From NCBI GenBank assembly GCA_951406725.2, contig OX597831.1, positions 25,420,001 through 25,484,000 on the forward strand: a stretch of 64,000 bases of DNA. The letters are read 5' to 3'. The translations under genes and the position numbers were made by a program. Below are positions 1 through 11,289 of this stretch, piece after piece (positions within the stretch are counted from its first letter, which is position 1; each line of letters opens with the position of its first letter). Source of the stretch: Octopus vulgaris. Taxonomy: Eukaryota. The notes beneath the pieces were generated by a model. That model ran no database searches. It saw only the letters and a program-made list of their open reading frames with translations, and was not told the DNA's origin.

Positions 1-198
1 ATAAAATAGTATTTTTTTCTTTACCTTAGATCAACCCTGATCCAACATAGCTGTTGTCAAGGATTCTTTAAAACTTAATCAGACCAGCTATATCCAGTTA
101 TAATATTCTTCCTCTTTTATGTTCAAACTGGCCAGATTAAACCTCTCACACCTACCCTAAAATGTCATTGTAAAAATAAACAATCACATCATTAAAAT

Positions 199-434
199 AT
201 ATTTCTTTATTACCCACAAAGGGGCTAAACATAGAGGGGATAAACAAGGACAGACAAAGGGATTAAGTCGATTACATCGACCCCAGTGCAAAACTGGTAC
301 TTAATTTATCAACCCCAAAAGGATGAAAGACAAAGTCGACCTCGGCGGAATTTGAGCTCAGAACGTAATGACAGATGAAATACCGCTAAGCATTTCGCCC
401 GGCGCGCTAAAGTGTCTGCCAGCTTGCTGCCTTT
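199..434 (-). mobile_element. tRNA-derived SINE, family A (~235 bp)
   Basis: Reverse copy of the recurring unit ggc..gctggcaga..gagttcaaattccgccgaggtcgactttgcctttcatcc..gtgggtaataaagaaat; flanked by TSD acatcattaaaat (186-198 and 435-447). Confidence 0.9.
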
Positions 435-477
435 ACATCATTAAAATCTTGAAGTCATAACATAAGGCATGTTTAAC

Positions 478-948
478 TATTTAGCATTTAAACCAACCAT
501 ATCAGGTCCAAGTAGTCAACCGATTTTATGTTCAGACCAATCAGATGAGGTCTCTCACACCTACCTAACAATATCATTCTAAAAATGAGCAATCACATCA
601 TTGAAATCTTGAACTTAACAGAATAATGCATGATTAAAGTGGCTAGCTGGCAGAATCGTTAGCACACCGGATGAAATGCTTAACGGTATTTTGTCTGCCG
701 TTATGTTCTGAGTTCAAATTCCACCAAGGTCGACTTTGCCTTTCATCCTTTCTGGGTCAATAAATTAAGTACCAGTTACGTAGGGGTGTCGATGTAATTG
801 ACTTAAACCCTTTGTCTGTCCTTGTGTGTCCCCTCTGTGTTTAGCCCCTTGTGGGCAATAAAGAAATAAGAATAATGCATGATTAATTCAACAAAATGGG
901 AACAAATGAGCATTATATTTGACAGAGTAATCTGAATGCTCAAGGGTT
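478..948. mobile_element. piggyBac-like MITE (degenerate), interrupted by a SINE; related truncated copy at ~80-470
   Basis: ttaa|ctatttagcatt ... aatgctcaaggg|tttaa ends; internal ctctcacacctacc..aatcacatcatt is shared with 140-198. Confidence 0.55.
638..868 (+). mobile_element. tRNA-derived SINE, family A
   Basis: A-box-like tggcagaatcgtt, B-box gagttcaaattcc; 18-bp TSD agaataatgcatgattaa (620-637 and 869-886). Confidence 0.9.
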
Positions 949-1066
949 TAACCATAGCTATGCTGTTCTTTAAGACAAGGCATATCAAAGACTAATCTAT
1001 TTAAATGATGGGACATAAATTTAGGCAGATTTTACTACTATTTCTAGCAGGTGAACTTACCTCAGT

Positions 1067-1480
1067 TACTCTTTACTCGTTTACTTGTTTCAGTCATTTT
1101 GACCTGCGGCCATGCTGGAGCACCGCCTTTCGTCGAGCAAATCAATCCCAGGACTTAGTGTTTGGAAGCCTAGTACTTATTCTATCAGTCTCTTTTGCCA
1201 AACCACTAAGTTACAGGGACATAAACACACCAGCATTGGTTGTCAAGCGATTTTGAGGGGACAAACACAGACACACAAACATATACATACACACACACAT
1301 ATATATATACATATATACGATGGGCTTCTTTCAGTTTCCGTCTACGAAATCTACTCACAAGGCTTTGGTCGGCCTGAGGCTATAGCAGAAGACACTTGCC
1401 AAAGGTGCCACGCGGTGGGACTGAACCCGGAACCATGTGGCTGGTAAGCAAGCTACTTACCACACAGCCACTTCTGCGCC
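1067..1480 (-). mobile_element. tRNA-derived SINE, family B (~420 bp, internal TA/TG microsatellite)
   Basis: Reverse copy of tggctgtgtggtaag..gggttcagtccca..gcacc(t)ttggcaagtgtctt..ccagcatggccgcag..tgactgaaacaagtaaa; near-identical to 37136-37553 and 53372-53788. Confidence 0.9.
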
Positions 1481-2135
1481 TTGTTGGCCATGTATTTGGT
1501 TAGAATCGAATGTTAAGGCAGAGGTGTACTTATATTTTCTCATATTTCATGAACAATAGAATTGTTGATTCCAAGCTTCCAATTATGTAACAGTATCACT
1601 ATAATCATAATTGCAAGGGTAACGAGAGATCTGTAGAACCGAAGCCTAAGATGTAAATTGAGATATCTTAATTTGAAAGCGTGCACTGATAGGTTTTCTC
1701 AATAAAGTCAACAATTGTTCCCAATATTCATTATTCAGTGATGTATACTTAGACATGTATACTTAGACAGATCTATACAAACATATATTCTGGATCTCCA
1801 CATAGTTTCTGACAATCAAATAACACTCAGAAAGTATTGGACAGTATGAAGCCATAAGAAGACATTTACCCAAAAGTACTACACTATTATATCTTTTATA
1901 AACATTGCAGCCTTCTTTGTATACATTCTTTTATCTTCTTTTACTTGCTCCAGTCTTTGGATTGTGGCACCGCCTTGAATGGCTTAGCCAAACAAATCAA
2001 CATTAGTATGTATTCTATGTCTTTTTTGAATGAACAGTTATGAGGACATAAATGAACCAACACCAGTTGTAAAGCAGTGGTGGAGGACAAACACATGCAC
2101 TCACATGCACACAAAAATATATATATATATATATA

Positions 2136-2430
2136 TGGCGCAATGGCCTAGTGGTTAGGGCAGCGGACTCGCGGTCGTAGGATCGCGGTTTCCATTCCCA
2201 GACCGGGCGTTGTGAGTGTTTATTGAGCGAAAACACCTTAAAGCTCCACAAGGCTCCGGCAGGGGGTGGTGATCCCTGCTGTACTCTTTCACCACTCTTT
2301 CTCCCACTCTTTCTTCTGTTGGCCTGCTCGCTTAGCCAGCGGGGTGGCGTCATTCGAAGGCTAAAACAATGCGAACGCATTGTGACCAGCGATGTGTAAC
2401 TACATCTGATGGACTGGTCGGTCACGTGAT

Positions 2431-2438
<8 letters not shown>
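2136..2438 (+). mobile_element. tRNA-derived SINE, family C head with tail type 1
   Basis: A box tggcctagtggttagg, B-box-like ggtttccattccc; CpG-rich (young); embedded in (TA)n; same tail at ~38840-38960. Confidence 0.85.
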
Positions 2439-2491
<53 letters not shown>

Positions 2492-2551
2492 TAGATAGAT
2501 AGGTGATAGATACAAACTTACATACTTACATACATACATACATACAAACAT

Positions 2552-2583
<32 letters not shown>

Positions 2584-2619
2584 CATACATACATCATTAC
2601 ATACATACATACATACTTT

Positions 2620-2752
2620 CTAAAGTGGTTGTTATTGAAGGACATCCAGCCATAGAAACCACGCCAAAATAGACATGAAGCCCAGGTAGCGATTCAGCTG
2701 TCCAACCCATGCCAGCATGGAAAACAGACATTAAACGACGATGATGATGACG
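2620..2752 (+). mobile_element. Family D retroposon 3' end with (GAT)n tail
   Basis: g(g/a)catccagccatagaaacc..ccaacccatgccagcatggaaaacagacattaaacgacgatgat; related copies at 15830-16163(+), 24847-25112(-), 39013-39200(-), 45700-45905(-), 55778-55995(-), 62215-62362(-). Confidence 0.75.
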
Positions 2753-3030
2753 ACACATACACATACTCAAAGTGGGCTTCTTTGTGTTACTGTCAATCAC
2801 TCCACCCACAAGGTTTTAGTTGGCCTTGGGCTATAGTAGAAGACACTTGTCCAAGGTGTCACACAGTGGGACTGAACCAAGACCCCTGATCCAAATAGCT
2901 ATACCTGCATAAACAATCCATTTTTAAACCCAGCCTAGGGATTTTCACACATGCACTCATGCATATACACATGCACTCATGCATATACACATGGATGCAT
3001 GCATACACACATGCATGTGTGTGTGTTTAA

Positions 3031-3251
3031 GCCTTTCATTACTGTATTTCTGTTGAGATGCTCTGTGTTTCTTTCAGTTACTTTAAATATAACAAAAAAA
3101 TTAGTAAAATAACTTAGTTATCATTCAGCTAGTGTTAGGAACATAAATAGTGACTAAGGTTCGGTGGAAGATTTTAATTCAAAACTTAGGAAAACGAGAC
3201 ATTTGTACTACAGAGTCAGAGCCGGTTTCAGCCAGGTTGGTAATGAAAGGG
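3031..3251. mobile_element. piggyBac-like MITE, 221 bp
   Basis: TTAA on both sides, TIR (g/c)cctttcattac / gtaatgaaaggg; second 221-bp copy at 48720-48940. Confidence 0.85.
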
Positions 3252-4061
3252 TTAAGTACAATGCTCTTAAAAACAATCATAACAACAAAATGTATAAATG
3301 AAATGTAAAATAAAAACAAATATGATAAAATAAGGAATAACAAAGAAATGCATTTTAAAATACAAGGAAAATTTGGTAAAATATAAATATGAATCAAGAT
3401 TCCACATCCTTGCATTTTGAATCATTCATTTAGTTAAGATAAATCCAAAGTTCATTGGTTCCTTGAAGGTCTGTGACATTATATCGGGTTTGGTCGCTAC
3501 TACTCATGATCAAGAAGAATTTCCAGGCTTGTAGCTTTGCAAATATCATTGTGTTTTTAGGTGAATGCAGAAGAAAGGAGTAAAAAAAACAGTGAGTGAT
3601 TAAAAAGACCAACAAAAGATATCTTCTACCAGAAAAGAGAATTAGGTCAAAGAGTTAAAAGAAAAAACTGTGATCATTATTGGTATATAATGGTAGAGGC
3701 ATAAATATTTTATTGTATTGTGTTCTATTGTTCATCAGAAGAAAAGGGATTTGGTATAGTCTGAGAAATAGAGGTATGATAGATATCATGGGTTCAGTGC
3801 CATATTAAAACATGGGCACATTGAGTAGTTTCCCAGGAGCGTCATGGGTCTGAAAGTTAATTTGAATGTATGTATGCTATGGTTTGCAGCCAAAAAGCTA
3901 TATGGATCAATGTATTGATTTGCCCTGGTGCAAGGGTCCTGTAATACTATAATACAATTATTGTATCCATGTATGTATGTATATATCTATCTATCTACCT
4001 ATATATATAATAAATTCAGGGTGAATACTTGATAAATGTAAGCACCTGTATAGGTGATAGG

Positions 4062-4394
4062 ATATATGTATCAAAAGAAAAACAGGACGCAAAGGATTTT
4101 GCAGTACATATGTTTTGGGCTTTATCGAACAACTAATTCTTATATCAATGCATAGTTGATACAACAGACGAGGATTTACTTTCCCAATGAAACTAGGTTT
4201 TTCTCAAACTCTTTCTCAAACCCGTTATAATGTGATACATGTCTTTGGTGTGGTAATTGTAAGCGGCTGAAGAAGCCTTTTGATCTATCTGTTGTATCAA
4301 CTATGCATTGATATAAGAATTAGTTGTTCAATAAAGCCCGAAACATATGTACCGCAAAATCCTTTGCATCCTGTTTTTCTTTTGATACATATAT
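4062..4394 (+). mobile_element. Penelope-like element terminal fragment with 107-bp inverted repeat and degenerate hammerhead
   Basis: 4062-4168 is the reverse complement of 4288-4394 (4 differences); gcgg CTGAAGA..GAAA catatg TA ccgc at 4263-4355; within (TA)n. Confidence 0.7.
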
Positions 4395-4424
4395 ATACCT
4401 ATATATATATATATATATATATAT

Positions 4425-4860
4425 GAAAAAACAAGTCAAAAATAGAAAATGCTAAGATAATTTTATAGTGAATCTTTCAGTACCGGTTTCGGTCATTTTG
4501 AGACCTTTTCAACTGTAACGATTAAATAATTAAATTTAGAAAAATTAGAAGAAAAGTTTTTTTAAAAGAATATTTCTGTAGTAGTGTTCAGATATAAGTA
4601 GCATTCTGCCTTTCTCTGACTCCCTTGTTTGCACTTGTGTGTTCGAGGTCGTTGTGAGTTCTTGGTAGGGTAGGTGAAGAATAAGGAGGCTGATGTGGAG
4701 AGGGGGTGGGGAAATCTGGGAATGCCTTGATGGTCGTATTTTGAATGGTCAGTGGCTGACAGCAGTCGCAGTTCAATTCAGGAATTGTTTATGGAATTTG
4801 CGTGGGCGTTATGCTGAAAGACATTAGTGACAAGGTTAAGGGGTAGAAGGTGAAGTAGAA
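4425..4860 (-). mobile_element. Penelope-like 3' fragment with TTGAAAA-variant minimal hammerhead
   Basis: Minus strand cag TTGAAAA ggtc..gacc GAAA ccgg TA ctg (4478-4515); tail ttagcattttcta shared with the copy near 14060. Confidence 0.55.
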
Positions 4861-5785
4861 GAAGAAGAAGACGATGTTGATGATGATGATGATGATGAAG
4901 AAGAAGAAGAAGGAGAAGGAGAAGATGATGGTGATGATGGTGGTGATGATGATGACGACGATGATGATGATAATGATGATGATGAGGAAGTTTGACAAAA
5001 TGTTATTCAACAATAACAAAATTCAATATCATGACAAATTGTTTCGTAACTCAAAAACATGTAAATAATTTATGTAATTATATTTCATAATACATAAATT
5101 ACTTACATGCCTCTATTAATGCAAAAGGCAATCGTTTTCTCTTGTATCGTACTATATATTCCATATGTTTTGTAGAATGATACATTAAGGGGATTTTTTT
5201 TCTATGAGTACTACCAGATTACTTCAATCCATATATTTTGACTTATATATATATATATATATATATATATGATTCAAATATACAGAAAACAAAGGACAGA
5301 CTGGTGAGGGGACAACAGGCAGTAGTAGTTTGACACTTCGGGAAAATAGGAAAAAGCGTTTGATGTTTCAAGCCTCTGCTCCTTGATAGAAAGGTATGAG
5401 AGTAAAAGAAATGAAGAGAGAGAAAGAAGAAATGGATAGGGAAAATATATTTACATATATAATCAGGTGGTGCTATTAAGTTAGACATGGCCTGAGCCAA
5501 TTTTTGGTCAAAGCAAATCTAAGTTTATATATATATATACATGCACACACACACACACACACACATTCTTGAAGAACAAGAATGTTGTTCACAGTGATTT
5601 CAAAGTTTTGGTCAGCTCAGCTATTGTCAGACTGCCACAGCTGCTTGAAACTTTGAAGTTACAGTCAACAACATTCTGTTTTAACAATAATAAATTTGTA
5701 CTCTACTAAGTAAAGAAGAACTCATCACGTTAATGTAAAATCGTTTTTATTATAAAGGAACATAAAAACAAACTTTAATATATAT

Positions 5786-6375
5786 ATATAGGTTCTTCAC
5801 CAGGACGGGACACCAGTCTGTCACAGGTGAGCTAGAAGATGCAGGAGGAAAGAGTGAGAGAAAGTTGTGGCGAAAGAGTCAGCAGAAGTTCGCCATTACC
5901 TTCTGACAGAGCCGGGTGGACCTTAGGTGTTTTGCTCATAAACACACACATCGCCCAGTCTGAGATTTGAACCCACAATCCCTCAACCATGAGTCCACTA
6001 CTCTAACCACTAGGCCATGTACACCCCTATATATATATATATATAGGCGGGGTATATATATATATACGGGTGGCGTGTATATGGCCTAGTGGTTAGAGTA
6101 GTGGACTCATGGTTGAGGGATTGTGGGTTCAAATCTCAGACTGGGCGATGTGTGTGTTTATGAGCAAAACACCTAAGGTCCACGCGGCTCTATCAGAAGA
6201 TAATGGCAAACTTCTGCTGACTCTTTCGCCACAACTTTCTCTCACTCTTTCCTCCTGCATCTTCTAGCTCACCTGTGACAGACTGGTGTCCCGTCCTGGT
6301 GAGGAACCTATATGCCAAGGAAGTCGAGAAACTGGCTCTTATGTGCTGGGCATGGCTTGAGAAGGAAAAAAAAAG
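5786..6375. mobile_element. Head-to-head inverted pair of family C SINE (tail type 2)
   Basis: 5786-6024 is the reverse complement of 6075-6313 with about 6 differences; TA-rich 50-bp spacer. Confidence 0.9.
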
Positions 6376-6377
6376 GA

Positions 6378-6411
<34 letters not shown>

Positions 6412-6439
6412 AATATAGATATATATGTTGTGTATGTAT

Positions 6440-6546
<107 letters not shown>

Positions 6547-6559
6547 TAGATATATGCAC

Positions 6560-6607
<48 letters not shown>

Positions 6608-7020
6608 GTAGATAAATAGATAGATAGACAGATATAGATATATGCACATGTATATATACTTATATGTAAGTATGTATGTATATATATTCAGACATACATA
6701 CATAGATGGACAGACTAATATAAAGATAAATAGACAAAGAAATATACAAAAGATGTCTGGGAATACAAAATGAAAGAAAATGAAAAAGAGAATTTGTTAA
6801 AATAAAAGACAACAACCAACATAGCCTCGATTGTTTTTGCTGGAACTAGCGAAATAGCCAAGAGGAATAAATAGAGAATGAGAACAAGTTTGATGGAAAT
6901 GAAGTGGAAAAAAAATACGATGATAATAAACTGTTAAGTTGATAAGTATTGATGATCTGATCATGTCAGCATTTATAACAATAAATATGTTTAATGTCAT
7001 TGTTCTTGAGCATGAATACA

Positions 7021-7055
<35 letters not shown>

Positions 7056-7544
7056 GATGGTTGATAGTCTGATGTGGTTGATGGTGGTTTTGACTGTGAT
7101 CATATCAATGACTGCTGTGAAAGATGGTGACAACGATAGCAGTGATCTAACTGGATGCCTTTCACTACACGCAAAGCAGTCTAGCTGTACTGCGTCTGCA
7201 TTTATGGCAGTGTTATGGGGTTTACAGATGTAAATCTTCGTTTGTTTTATATAACACCACTACTTGGTTCTTGAGGGTTTTTATTGAGGTCTGTTATAGC
7301 AGCTGACTAAACGTACCACCTGGTTTAACACCAATGTTTAACCTTTGGATGTCCTTAACAGGGTTAATTTTATTGCAAGCATTCTAAGCATAATTTCCTA
7401 CCAATAATCACCAAGGCCCTGAGAGAAAAAGTATCAGAAATCGTGGTGATTGTGGGGGCCTTTCGTTTCCACTAAACCACTAAAAAAATGGGAAACAAAA
7501 GCAGTCCCTACCGAATTCGTAAGGACAATGTTCTTAACTAATTT

Positions 7545-7759
7545 GGTTTCAAATTTTGGCACAAGGCCAGAAGTTTTGGGAGGAGAGTAAGTCAATAACA
7601 CTGACCCCAGTGTTCAACTGGTACTTGTTTTATCAGTGCCAAAAGGATGAAAGGCAAAGTTGACATCAGAGGAATTTGAACTCAGAATGTAAAGATGGGT
7701 GAAATATCCCTAAGCATTTCGCCTAGCATGCTAACAATTCTCTTAGCTCACCACCTTAA
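7545..7759 (-). mobile_element. Family A SINE, alternative tail (A2)
   Basis: Family A core with tail ending ccttgtgccaaaatttgaaacc; TSD aatgttc(t/a)taactaattt. Confidence 0.8.
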
Positions 7760-7910
7760 AATGTTCATAACTAATTTAATGAAGATTAAAGAAAAATAAT
7801 CCTACAGCAGCAACCGTAGAAATATAAAATATTAAAAAATGCTGATATAAAACTCCACAAAACCACTCCCCTACCTACTCTGCCCTTCAACTATTTTGAA
7901 CCTACCATCT

Positions 7911-8157
7911 CCCAACCATCTCTTCAGAACCAAATTGGGATTTTTCATGTGGTTGGCAATGGCTATTATCCTATTATCAGCTTTGTGAAGCTGTCTGTTG
8001 TGGACAAGAAAGGCCAAAGAGGCAGCTACGGTTTCCTTAGCAACCGGACTTTGTTGACAACAGTCAGTTGTGATGCGTTTAGCTGCCAATGTCTGTGCTC
8101 TGCTGACAACTATCTTTGCACCAACCACGTTGCATATTGGCTTGGGGTTGTGTTGGG
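7911..8157 (+). ncRNA. Putative multi-branched RNA structure (alternatively an unrecognised 229-nt exon)
   Basis: Nested stems cccaac/gttggg, atgtggttgg/ccaaccacgt and ttatcagc/gctgacaa enclose four contiguous hairpins. Confidence 0.45.
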
Positions 8158-8201
8158 TTAGTGAACAGTTGCAGTGAATCTTTCTCTGTGTAAAGACCTC
8201 T

Positions 8202-8237
<36 letters not shown>

Positions 8238-9544
8238 ATTTGTGTGCATTTATGTATGTGTTGTGTCTGTATAAATTGTGAGTTTCTGTGTAGCTTTTTG
8301 TACAAATATACTTATAGTTCACCTACTCACTTTCATACATATTTTCATAAGAATACTTATGACGATACATACATGTGTGTGTATATACACATATTACAGA
8401 TATCTCTATGTGTATCTGTATGTATGTATATATATATATATATCTACTACACATCTGTAGCTGGGAGTGGTCGGGCTGAAATGCCTAGTTGAACCCTCTT
8501 GGGTTATATAATGCTTATATAATATACACATACATTTATACACAAACACAAATTAGTCAGCTAATGGTAGATCTAATTTAATAATTAGGAACCATCTTAG
8601 GGGAAATCTGAACTACAGTCAAGTAATAGATATTTATATGAATGCATATATATGTATAAATGTATATGTATAGGTGTGTGTGTATATAGATATATACACA
8701 CACTCAGACACACATGGGAACTCTCTTAACATACATACATGCACACATACACACACTTATATACACACATACATACATCTTATGTATTCTAAATGAAAAA
8801 ATATATCAGAATGTTTTAAAACACAAACAATTAAGTGTAACTTAGTGACAATGTGGAAAAGATGTGAATTATGAAAATTATTTAGATTTCAATTGCTTAG
8901 GAAATTACGGCTATTTATTGTATGGACCTATAATAAATCCACTCTTAAAACGTGTGTATAAAAGTAATTTGAATAAATCTTTCTCAATATTATGCACACA
9001 CACACGTGTGCGTCTTTATGTATATAAATTTATTCATACACACATACATACATACATACACACATACATACACACACACATACATACATAGACTGATAGA
9101 CAGACAGACAGACAGATGCATACACAAATGGATAGATAGATAGGTAGGTAGGTAGGTAGGTAGGTAGGTAGCTAGATAGGTAGATAAATAGATAGATAGA
9201 TAAATAGATTGATAGCTGGACAGATAGATAGATAGATAGAGAGAGAGATATGTATACTGTGTAAGTTGGTGGCCTAGCATTTTATGTGTTGGGTTCCCAA
9301 GCCTAAGGTCATGGGTTTGATTCCTGGGCCAGAGAGTGAGTGTATTGTCTCCTTGAATAAGTTGCTTCATTTCAAGGTGCTCCTGGTTACTCATCTGTAA
9401 ATGACAACTAGCCTAAAGCCAGTGCATTCATTTCTTTCTGCGGCCACATCATTCTCAATGTTTCACTGGATTGGATCAAGATCAGGGTAGTCAAAAAGTG
9501 TATCTACCTGTACTTTAGTCAACATAAAAAATAAATAAATAAAT

Positions 9545-9789
9545 GCACCCTTTTAAAGCCTCGCCAGGCTCATGGGCCCGGCTTCCCAGTTTCTATGGCG
9601 TATGTGTTTCCCAACTGGATGGGACGCCAGTCCATCACAGCATTCCTCATTTTTGCCAGCTGAGTGGACTGGAGCAACGTGAAATGAAGTGTTTTGCTCA
9701 AGAACACAACGCATCGCCCAATCCAGGTATCGAAACCACAATCTTACGATCATGGTGCTAACACCCTAACCACTAAGCCACGTGCCTCC
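9545..9789 (-). mobile_element. Family C SINE (tail type 2)
   Basis: tggcttagtggttagg head, tgttcttgagcaaaacactt..ccactcagctgg core, tail ..aaaagggtgcat; further copies at 40075-40280 and 40284-40530. Confidence 0.85.
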
Positions 9790-10135
9790 ACTTTAGTCAA
9801 CATAGGCAACTAAAACAAAGGGCCAAAGATATGGTGTTTGCTACGATCCTATACTCACTTACAAATGACGGTTTTGGATGTGTATGTGTATTGGGCACAG
9901 ACATAGCTGTATGGTTAAGACGTTTGCTTTGTAACCACGTAGTTCTGTGTTCAATTCCATTGCGTGGAAGAGGTGATATCCAGTGCTCCTTACAAATACT
10001 TTTACCTATTTCTTTATTACCCACAAGGGGCTAAACACAGAGGTTAAGACGTTTGCTTTGTAACCACGTAGTTCTGTGTTCAATTCCACAGCATGGAAGA
10101 GTTGATATCCAGTGCTCCTTACTAATACTTTTACC

Positions 10136-10362
10136 TATTTCTTTATTACCCACAAGGGGCTAAACACAGAGGGGACAAACAAGGACAGACATAGGTATTA
10201 AGTCGATTACATCGACCCCAGTGCGTAACTGGTACTTAATTTATCGACCCCAAAAGGATGAAAGGCAAAGTCGACCTCGGCGGAATTTGAACTCACAACG
10301 TAATGCAGACGAAATACCGCTAAGCATTTTGCCCGGCGTGCTAATGTTTCTGCCAGCTCTAC
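10136..10362 (-). mobile_element. Family A SINE
   Basis: Full reverse copy of the family A consensus. Confidence 0.85.
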
Positions 10363-10877
10363 CATTTGCCATCAAACTTTTTTCTCTTTCTTACTATCAA
10401 ATATCTGGTTGGTATATTGCTCTCACTCAGTCACCCCTAATGATCATCCCTCTTTTCCATTGACTTTGAGTGCAATAAAACCAGTACTGAGGCTGATGTA
10501 ATCAACTACACCTTAGAAAGGGTGCCGTAGCATGGCCATGGCCCAGTAACTGAAGCTAGTAAATAGAGCTTCCTTTCCTACAACGGTTCAAGTACACATG
10601 ACAGATGAATTCCCATAGGGGAGAAATAGAAACTTACTTATTGCATTCAATCTGTTTACAAAATGTTATATTTTACTAAGTTATATGGAGCAGTGTTTGT
10701 TTGTTTTTTTTTTGTTTTTTTTCAAATATCTTATGGCTTATATTATTTTTGCAAATAAACAAAATTACATTCTCTCACTCTCTCTCTGTACCTGCCTATG
10801 GAATTACATATATATGTGAATGTGCGTGTGCTCACACAAACACACACACACATACACATACACACATAACTATTTAA

Positions 10878-11280
10878 TACTCTTTTACTCTTTTACTTGT
10901 TTCAGTCACTTGACTGTGGCCATGCTGGGGCACTGCCTTTTTAGTCGAGCAAATCAACCCCAGGACTTATTCTTTGGAAGCCTAGTACTTATTCTATCGT
11001 TCTATTTCTGCCGAACCGCTAAGTTACGGGGAAGTAAACACACCAGCATCAGTTGTCAAGTGATGTTGGTGGGTGACAAACACAGACACACAAACATATA
11101 CACACATATACTTATATATGATGGGCTTCTTTCAGTTTCTGTCTACCAAATTCACTCCCAAGGCTTTGGCTGGCCCAAGGCTATAATAGAAGACACTTGC
11201 CCAAAGTGCCACGTAGTGGGAATGAACCCAGAACCATGTGGTTGGTAAGCAAGCTACTTACCACACAGCCACTCCTGCAC
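10878..11280 (-). mobile_element. Family B SINE
   Basis: Full reverse copy of the family B consensus. Confidence 0.85.
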
Positions 11281-11289
11281 CATTCTATG

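Noticed and set aside
2136-2210. tRNA gene-like sequence
   Set aside because: A/B boxes are present but continue into a SINE body shared with many copies; no complete cloverleaf or terminator.
3430-3600. Possible small exon (+ 3561-3591, or a terminal exon on -)
   Set aside because: Only generic AG/GT motifs and an unrecognisable peptide; insufficient support.
8060-8140. SWIM zinc-finger-like CxC..C..H in the 7949-8161 ORF
   Set aside because: Spacing is C-x2-H rather than C-x-H and no surrounding family similarity is recognisable.
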